DNA from: Candidatus Nanopelagicales bacterium
GTDB taxonomy: Bacteria; Actinomycetota; Actinomycetes; S36-B12
Assembly (NCBI GenBank): GCA_044375955.1
Contig: JBILLS010000002.1
Span: 17,690-81,689, forward strand
Direction of reading: 5' to 3'
Length of the DNA stretch: 64,000 nucleotides
Part shown: piece after piece, positions 58,257-64,000 of the stretch
How the letters are laid out: each line of letters begins with the position of its first letter
Position numbering within the stretch: position 1 is the first letter of the stretch
Notes under the pieces: model-generated
Told to the model about the DNA's origin: nothing
Databases searched by the model: none
Seen by the model: only the letters and a program-made list of their open reading frames with translations
Made by a program: the position numbers and the translations under genes

Positions 58257-59575
58257 GCGGTGGCAGGCGGGTCATCGGAGAAATGCCCGGGGATATTCGG
58301 CATGACTTTGGTCGCGAGAGTGGGCCACAGCACCGGGGTCGGGATTCTGCGTGAGCCTGACCACGGTGCGGGCACGGCATCGATCGCCTTGGCGATCATG
58401 TACGAGGTGTACTCGTAGCGACTGCGCCCGATCTGGAACTGTTTCCACGCCTCGTCGCCGTCTACCTCAACCGGGAACCCCGCCGACTTCAGAAGTGCGA
58501 CTGCCTGATCGAAATCATCGCGGGTGAGGTGGATGGGTTGACTCTCCTGCTCCTCCAGGTTCTCGATACTCGCGGTGGGGAGACCCTCAGCTGTGTCACT
58601 TGCCGATGCGATCTCGACGGCCACCATCCTGTGCGTAACCCCGGGTACCTCGGTTGAGCTGAATTTGCGGACGGAGGGTTGACTGATCATCAAGCCCCGG
58701 AAGCGCAGACGCGAACGCCTTGGGCGTCGTGAGAAGAGGGTCGAATAAATAACTTCGAGCGTCTGCGAGCCGGCCATCAGGAGTGAGATCGCATCGGCGC
58801 GGGGGAGTGTGCGATTCACAGCGAGTTGCAGTGATGCGGCATCGAGTGTCGCCATGAGGGACACAATCCAACTGCGGGTGGCGCGCGGTGACCGAACGTA
58901 GATGAGAACCGGGTACGTCACGTGGGTCAGCCGGATCTGGGCCGCCCATTTACCCCAGGTCTCGTAGATGCTCGGGAGCCGATCAACTTGATTGGTCATC
59001 GCAATCCGCGCGAGGAACTCAGGTCCCCAGGCGGGTTGGCCCGCGATGGAGCCGTGGATGGTGACTTCGATCTCCCGATCGATGTAGGCGCCGTAGATCG
59101 TTGGCAGGAACCCGATCAGGAGTGCGATCACGATCGGTCCGGTTGCGGCTGCGGCGAAATCAAGAATCGTCGCGTCCGCGGTCTCGGGTGCGGCGAAACC
59201 GAGGGTGAACAGACTCGACCCCGCCTGTGCGATCGCCGCACCGAGATCTCGGCCACCGTGCAGGCCATAGATCAAGAGCCCGTAGGAGAACACGAACAAG
59301 AAGAGCCACGTGAGCAGCCACGCGACGATGATCATCGGCCCGGTCCAGGCCAGGATGCTGTCGCGCTTGAAGTAGTCCTTACGCAGACGTGCCAGACCCC
59401 AGAAGGTGCCGCGCACCCCCGCCGCGACCCCTTGCGAGATTCCCGAGCGCAGGGCACGGGGGACCACAGCCGTGCGCAACAGGCTGGTGGTGGTGGCGAT
59501 GAACAGGAACACGCCGAGGACCGTGGCGAAGGTCCGCGAGAACAGCTCGAGACTCAGGGACTGCACCGCTTCCAC
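58253..59575 (-). CDS. Membrane protein with K-channel-like TM-pore-TM segment and soluble C-terminal domain
   Basis: GSSLFTLGF between TM helices, IGFLPTIY, HVTYPVLIYVRS and PAPWSG; start GTG 59575. Confidence 0.7.
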   Translation of the reverse strand: MEAVQSLSLELFSRTFATVLGVFLFIATTTSLLRTAVVPRALRSGISQGVAAGVRGTFWGLARLRKDYFKRDSILAWTGPMIIVAWLLTWLFLFVFSYGLLIYGLHGGRDLGAAIAQAGSSLFTLGFAAPETADATILDFAAAATGPIVIALLIGFLPTIYGAYIDREIEVTIHGSIAGQPAWGPEFLARIAMTNQVDRLPSIYETWGKWAAQIRLTHVTYPVLIYVRSPRATRSWIVSLMATLDAASLQLAVNRTLPRADAISLLMAGSQTLEVIYSTLFSRRPRRSRLRFRGLMISQPSVRKFSSTEVPGVTHRMVAVEIASASDTAEGLPTASIENLEEQESQPIHLTRDDFDQAVALLKSAGFPVEVDGDEAWKQFQIGRSRYEYTSYMIAKAIDAVPAPWSGSRRIPTPVLWPTLATKVMPNIPGHFSDDPPATA

Positions 59576-59659
59576 GGGGGAACTCTGCCATGGCGAGGGG
59601 AAGCCCCGAACCGAGATGCGTGAGGAATCCGGGAGCCCGCGCCCGACTACGCTTGCCGG

Positions 59660-60181
59660 GTGATCCTGGATGCCCAATCGGCGATGATCGTCGCGATCGT
59701 GGGCATAGCCGTCGGGGTCGTCGGGGTCGCGCTCGCCGCGGTCGCCCTGCTGAAGTTCTACCGTCTGCAGCGCTCCTACGACCTGCTCTCCGTGCGCGAG
59801 GGCCAGGAATCCATGGTCGATGTAATCGCCCGCACGCGCGAGGAGATCGCCGACCTCTCGGACGAGGTGGTGGCCACCCAGCGGGAACTGCTCGCCACCC
59901 GCCGCGATCTCGCGGCCGCGATCCGCCATGTCGCTGTGGTCCGCTATGACGCCTTCGGTGACATGGGTGGCCGGTACTCGTTCTCTGCGGCCCTGCTCGA
60001 TGACGCAGGCGATGGCTTGATGATCACCTCCATCCACGGTCGCACCGAGACGCGCAGCTACCTCAAGGGTGTGCGTGCGGGAGCCAGTGACATCGATCTC
60101 TCTCCGGAGGAGCAGCAGGCGATCGCCATCGCGCGCGGTGTCATCCCTCCGATGCGTGACATCGAAGGAGGTGCGGCATGA
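59660..60181 (+). CDS. DUF4446-family protein
   Basis: N-terminal TM, VVRYDAFGDMGG..SFS.ALLD..GDG...TSIHGR.ETR.Y.K and LSPEE motifs. Confidence 0.85.
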   Translation: MILDAQSAMIVAIVGIAVGVVGVALAAVALLKFYRLQRSYDLLSVREGQESMVDVIARTREEIADLSDEVVATQRELLATRRDLAAAIRHVAVVRYDAFGDMGGRYSFSAALLDDAGDGLMITSIHGRTETRSYLKGVRAGASDIDLSPEEQQAIAIARGVIPPMRDIEGGAA

Positions 60182-61110
60182 CCATCGCCTACCTCGGCCC
60201 ACGCGGTTCATTCGCGGAAGCGGCGACTCTGGCCTACCTGGGTGTCGATGCGTCGGGTGAATCGGCGGAGATGGTGCCCGCCGACTCCGTGCAGGCCGCC
60301 CTGGACGCAGCCCGCGCCGGAACGGTGAATCGCGCCCTCGTCCCGATCGAGAACTCGGTGGAGGGATCTGTGTCGGTCACCCTCGATGAACTCGCGAACG
60401 GCAAGCGCTTGGTGATCATCGATGAGGTCGTCCTTCCGGTGCAGTTCGCGCTCATGGCACGTTCGGGCACCGCGCTCACCGACGTCGCGCGAGTCGCCAC
60501 CCACCCGCACGCGCAGGCGCAGGTGCGGCGGTGGCTGGAGAAGAACCTGCCGAAGGCATCGGTCATTCCTTCGATGTCCACTGCCGCAGCAGCAGCGGCG
60601 ATCGCTGATGGTTCTGCACCGTTCGATGCCGCGATCGCGCAACGGTTGGCTGCCGATATCTACGGCCTCGACGTGCTCGCCGATGAGATCGGTGACACCG
60701 CCGACGCATTCACCCGGTTCGTCGTGGTGCAACTCCCCGGGTCGCTGCCCGCGCCCACCGGCGCGGACAAGACCACGCTGAGCCTGTTCATCCATCAGGA
60801 TCAGCCCGGCGCCCTGCTTGCCATCCTCACGGAGTTCGCGGTGCGGGGCGTGAACCTGACCCGCATCGAGTCACGTCCCACCCGCAAGCAACTCGGGGAC
60901 TACTACTTCAGCGTCGACATCGAGGGCCATGTCGCCGATGCCCGAGTGTCCGAGGCGCTGATGGGCCTGCACCGCGTGTGCTCGGATGTCCGCTTCCTCG
61001 GCTCCTACCCCCGGCATGATGGGAAGACCCCTGTTCTGCGCAGCGGTGTGACGGACGCCGACTTCTCCGAGGCGCAGGAGTGGTTGCGGAAACTCAAGGA
61101 GAACGGCTGA
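60178..61110 (+). CDS. pheA: Prephenate dehydratase
   Basis: AYLGPRGSF, PIENSVEG, THPHA, TRF and ACT domain with PGAL..IL.EF and NLTRIESRP; FLGSYP. Confidence 0.96.
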   Translation: MTIAYLGPRGSFAEAATLAYLGVDASGESAEMVPADSVQAALDAARAGTVNRALVPIENSVEGSVSVTLDELANGKRLVIIDEVVLPVQFALMARSGTALTDVARVATHPHAQAQVRRWLEKNLPKASVIPSMSTAAAAAAIADGSAPFDAAIAQRLAADIYGLDVLADEIGDTADAFTRFVVVQLPGSLPAPTGADKTTLSLFIHQDQPGALLAILTEFAVRGVNLTRIESRPTRKQLGDYYFSVDIEGHVADARVSEALMGLHRVCSDVRFLGSYPRHDGKTPVLRSGVTDADFSEAQEWLRKLKENG

Positions 61111-62099
61111 TGCGCTACTTCGTCACCGGGGCCGCGGGCTTCATCGGCTCGCATTTCGTGCGGGAACTCCTCGCGGGCTCCTACGGAGTGGAACCCACGG
61201 GGGTGACCATCTATGACAAGTTGACCTACGCCGGAAATCTGGAGAACCTGGCCTCGGTCTCGGGCGATCCCCGGTTCCAATTCATCCGCGGAGATATCTG
61301 CGATGGGGATCTGCTCGACGATGTGCTCCCCGGTCACGACGTCGTGGTCAACTTCGCCGCCGAGACCCACGTGGATCGATCGATCCACGGACCTCAGGAC
61401 TTCGTGGTGACCAACGTGGTGGGCACGCAGACCATCCTCGATGCCTGCGTGCGGCACGGGATCCCGCGCACCGTGCACATCGGCACGGACGAGGTCTACG
61501 GCTCCATCGATGAGGGATCCTGGACCGAGGACGAGCCGCTGAAGCCCAACTCGCCCTACTCCGCAGCGAAAGCGGCAGCCGAGATGCTGGTGCGCGCCTA
61601 CAACGTCACCTACGGGCTCAACGTCTCCTCGACCCGGTGCTCGAATAACTACGGGCCCTTCCAGTTCCCGGAGAAGGTCATCCCGCTCTTCGTCACCAAC
61701 CTGATCGACGGGAAGAAAGTTCCTCTCTACGGCGATGGGCTCAACGTCCGCGACTGGCTGCACGTCGATGATCACTGCCGTGGGATCGCACTCGTGATCG
61801 AGAAGGGTCAACCCGGCCAGTCCTACAACATCGGTGGCGGGCTGGAGTTGAACAACCGCGAGTTGACCGAGCGGGTACTCGCCGCGATGGGTGCCGACTG
61901 GTCGATGGTGCAACCCGTCGAGGACCGCAAGGGCCACGACCGCCGCTACTCCGTCGACGACTCCCGGCTGCGTGCCATGGGCTATGCCCCGCAGCACTCC
62001 TTCGATCAGGGACTGGCCGAGACCGTGGAGTGGTACCGGACCAACGAGGAGTGGTGGCGCCCGCTGAAGGAGCGCGCTGCGATCACGGTCACTCGCTGA
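61110..62099 (+). CDS. rfbB: dTDP-glucose 4,6-dehydratase
   Basis: TGAAGFIGS, DKLTYAGN, FAAETHVDRSI, TDEVYG, PYSAAKA and RCSNNYGP motifs; AAGGAG RBS. Confidence 0.96.
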   Translation: MRYFVTGAAGFIGSHFVRELLAGSYGVEPTGVTIYDKLTYAGNLENLASVSGDPRFQFIRGDICDGDLLDDVLPGHDVVVNFAAETHVDRSIHGPQDFVVTNVVGTQTILDACVRHGIPRTVHIGTDEVYGSIDEGSWTEDEPLKPNSPYSAAKAAAEMLVRAYNVTYGLNVSSTRCSNNYGPFQFPEKVIPLFVTNLIDGKKVPLYGDGLNVRDWLHVDDHCRGIALVIEKGQPGQSYNIGGGLELNNRELTERVLAAMGADWSMVQPVEDRKGHDRRYSVDDSRLRAMGYAPQHSFDQGLAETVEWYRTNEEWWRPLKERAAITVTR

Positions 62100-62100
62100 C

Positions 62101-62952
62101 ATGAGGGTGCTCGTCACGGGTAGCAACGGCCAACTCGGCTCGGAACTCGTGGATCTCTACACATCACGCGGTGATGTGGTGCGTGGCCTCGACATCCCCG
62201 ATATCGATATCACCTCCCAGGACTCGGTGGCGCAGGCGTTCCTGGAGTTCCCCCCCGACGTCGTGATCAACTGCGCCGCGTGGACCGCTGTCGATGCAGC
62301 GGAGGAGCAGGAGGCTGCGGCCCTCGCGGTGAACGGCATCGGACCCGACCTCCTGGCCCGTGCGTGCGCGGCCACCGGGGCCTGGATGGTGCAGATTTCC
62401 ACAGACTACGTGTTCTCCGGCGATGCAACCTCACCGTATGCGGAGGACGCACCGCCGAATCCGCAATCGGCATACGGGCGTACCAAACTGGTGGGTGAGG
62501 AAGCCGTGCGCGATGCGCTTCCCGATACGCACTACGTCGTACGCACCGCCTGGCTCTACGGCCACCGCGGCCAGAACTTCGTCAAGACCATGCTGCGCCT
62601 GGAGAAGGAGAGGGAGACCGTCGATGTTGTCGACGACCAGGTGGGCCAACCCACGTATGCGCGTGATCTTGCGACCCAGATCGCACTCCTCGTCGATGCG
62701 CGTCCTCCGGCAGGCACCTTCCACGCCACGAACTCGGGCCAGGTGTCCTGGTGTGAGTTCACCCGGGAGATCTATCGACATATCGGCGCCGATCCCGCGC
62801 GAGTTATCCCCGTGACGAGTGAGCAATTCGTGCGGCCGGCGCCGCGGCCCGCGTATTCGGTGCTGGGCCATCGGAAGTGGGAGGAGTTCGGGATTCCCGT
62901 TATGCGCCCATGGCAGGAGGCGATCGCAGATTCCCTTGCTGTCGGAATGTGA
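62101..62952 (+). CDS. rfbD: dTDP-4-dehydrorhamnose reductase
   Basis: TGSNGQLG, NCAAWTAVD, ISTDYVF, YGRTK, DQVGQPT and APRPAYSVL motifs. Confidence 0.96.
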   Translation: MRVLVTGSNGQLGSELVDLYTSRGDVVRGLDIPDIDITSQDSVAQAFLEFPPDVVINCAAWTAVDAAEEQEAAALAVNGIGPDLLARACAATGAWMVQISTDYVFSGDATSPYAEDAPPNPQSAYGRTKLVGEEAVRDALPDTHYVVRTAWLYGHRGQNFVKTMLRLEKERETVDVVDDQVGQPTYARDLATQIALLVDARPPAGTFHATNSGQVSWCEFTREIYRHIGADPARVIPVTSEQFVRPAPRPAYSVLGHRKWEEFGIPVMRPWQEAIADSLAVGM

Positions 62953-62961
62953 GTGTGGCGA

Positions 62962-63312
62962 TCACACCAGGTGGTAGATCCATCGCTTCACCCACGCCGC
63001 GATTTCCGCCAAGGTGGTCTGGTCGACGGAGCCAGTCACTCGTAGGACACGCTTGAGATCTATGACCCGAGGTTGTTGGGTGATGGCAAATGTCCTGTCC
63101 GATAGTCCAGTGGGCCCGCCCAATTCGACATGGTTGTCCCAGCTGCGGTTTGTGCGCGTACAAGGCACCACCAACGCAGTATCCGTCATCAAGGCGTGGA
63201 AACTGGAGGAGGAGATGACTACTCCTGGGCGAATGCCTGACTGCTCGCGGCCGACTGTTGAGCCGAAATCAACGAGTATCACGAATCCAGGTTGAAGGGG
63301 TTCTTTCACCAC
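62962..63312 (-). CDS. PemK/MazF-family toxin
   Basis: VDFGSTVGREQSGIRPGVVIS, VVPCT and QPRVID.KR motifs. Confidence 0.9.
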   Translation of the reverse strand: MVKEPLQPGFVILVDFGSTVGREQSGIRPGVVISSSSFHALMTDTALVVPCTRTNRSWDNHVELGGPTGLSDRTFAITQQPRVIDLKRVLRVTGSVDQTTLAEIAAWVKRWIYHLV

Positions 63313-63548
63313 CCCTCAAGTCCATCAGCCATAGAGGCGTCCATCGAATGGAATTCCGCCCAGTACTCGTCCCACACCTCCTGTGGAGAATTCCGCATCT
63401 GCTGTCTCACCAACTCGATGCGTTGTTGCCACAGGTACTCATCCAGGAGCTTCTCGACCAGGCTCCCGGCGGTGAGGCCCTTGGCCGCGGCAACCTCGTT
63501 GAGGCGATCGCGCACTGAGCTATCCAACTTGATCGTGGTGGCGGTCAT
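63306..63548 (-). CDS. Ribbon-helix-helix antitoxin (MazE-like)
   Basis: MTATTIKLDSSVRDRLNEVA RHH start; acidic tail WDEYWAEF..MADGLE; overlaps the toxin start. Confidence 0.8.
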   Translation of the reverse strand: MTATTIKLDSSVRDRLNEVAAAKGLTAGSLVEKLLDEYLWQQRIELVRQQMRNSPQEVWDEYWAEFHSMDASMADGLEGW

Positions 63549-63553
63549 GGAGA

Positions 63554-63574
63554 GAGTATACCGATCGTATACTC
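63554..63574. promoter_or_regulatory. Operator palindrome overlapping the leaderless -10 of the antitoxin
   Basis: GAGTATAC-cgatc-GTATACTC; minus-strand TATACT at 63560-63555 lies 6 nt before ATG 63548. Confidence 0.7.
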
Positions 63575-63598
63575 GGGGGCAATCCTCCGGTCTGCCTG

Positions 63599-64000
63599 CT
63601 AGCGCGTGTCGGCGATGGCGTTGAGGACCTGGGCCACACCGATCCCGGGCTCCGGGTCGGTGACCGCGTTCGCATGCTGGCGGACGGAGTCCGGTGCGTG
63701 GCCCATCACGACGCCGAGTCCAGCCCACTTCAGCATCTCGATGTCGTTGATGTAGTCGCCGATCGTCACTGTGCGCGTGGGATCGACGCCGTGGCGTGCG
63801 CACAGCTCGGTAAGCATCGTGGACTTGTTGACTCCCTTCGGTCCCACGTCCATCCAGGCCACATCCGCGACACCGAAGACAACGGAGTGGAATCCGAGGT
63901 GCTCGGCGACCTTCGCGAAGCCCTCCTCGGCGTGCCCCTCGCTGCGCACCACAAGACGTGTGACGGGCTCAGCGAGGATTTCCTCCAGCGGGGCGACTTC
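63599..64000 (-). CDS. Cof-type HAD hydrolase, 5' end outside the window
   Basis: WMDVGPKGVNKS and IGDYINDIEML..AG.GVVMG (HAD motifs III and IV). Confidence 0.88.
   Translation of the reverse strand, partial: EVAPLEEILAEPVTRLVVRSEGHAEEGFAKVAEHLGFHSVVFGVADVAWMDVGPKGVNKSTMLTELCARHGVDPTRTVTIGDYINDIEMLKWAGLGVVMGHAPDSVRQHANAVTDPEPGIGVAQVLNAIADTR

Noticed and set aside
58253-60211. 652-aa ORF
   Set aside because: The first ~210 codons are antisense to the DUF4446 gene and its upstream spacer; the credible protein starts at 59575.
1-64000. CRISPR array, tRNA/rRNA, transposase, integrase, reverse transcriptase or prophage genes
   Set aside because: I saw no regularly spaced repeats, tRNA T-arm/cloverleaf patterns or corresponding protein motifs by eye; short or degenerate elements could have been missed.

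Overview
High-GC actinobacterial chromosome segment; leaderless TAnnnT promoters, DUF5926, DUF4446-pheA and a glucosamine-kinase-family gene point to Actinomycetota. (1) 1 to ~39.8 kb is a cell-surface glycan region. Its left part (~1-20 kb) is visibly lower in GC. It holds GT2/GT4/GT8/GT26/GT61 glycosyltransferases, an MsbA/PglK-type ABC exporter, three SAM methyltransferases, a broken AT3-SGNH O-acyltransferase, a CDP-glucose pathway (rfbG, rfbF, epimerase, reductase), a NeuB-type nonulosonate synthase, a class III aminotransferase and an aldo-keto reductase. It also has eight large polytopic membrane proteins with GT-C-like motifs but only one GtrB-type polyprenol-phosphate glycosyltransferase. 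(2) 39.8-42.6 kb has a secreted FN3/Cys-rich protein and an FAD oxidase. (3) 42.8-54.0 kb is a divergent TetR-controlled unit: polyamine-type ABC importer, PuuB-like oxidase, SDR and CruF-like protein on one arm; GT1, glucosamine-kinase-family kinase and SIS protein on the other. (4) 54-64 kb has an XRE/nucleotidyltransferase (type IV-like) toxin-antitoxin pair, housekeeping genes, pheA-rfbB-rfbD and a MazEF-like pair. I saw no tRNA, rRNA, CRISPR array, transposase or integrase. All calls come from reading motifs by eye; no database searches were run.
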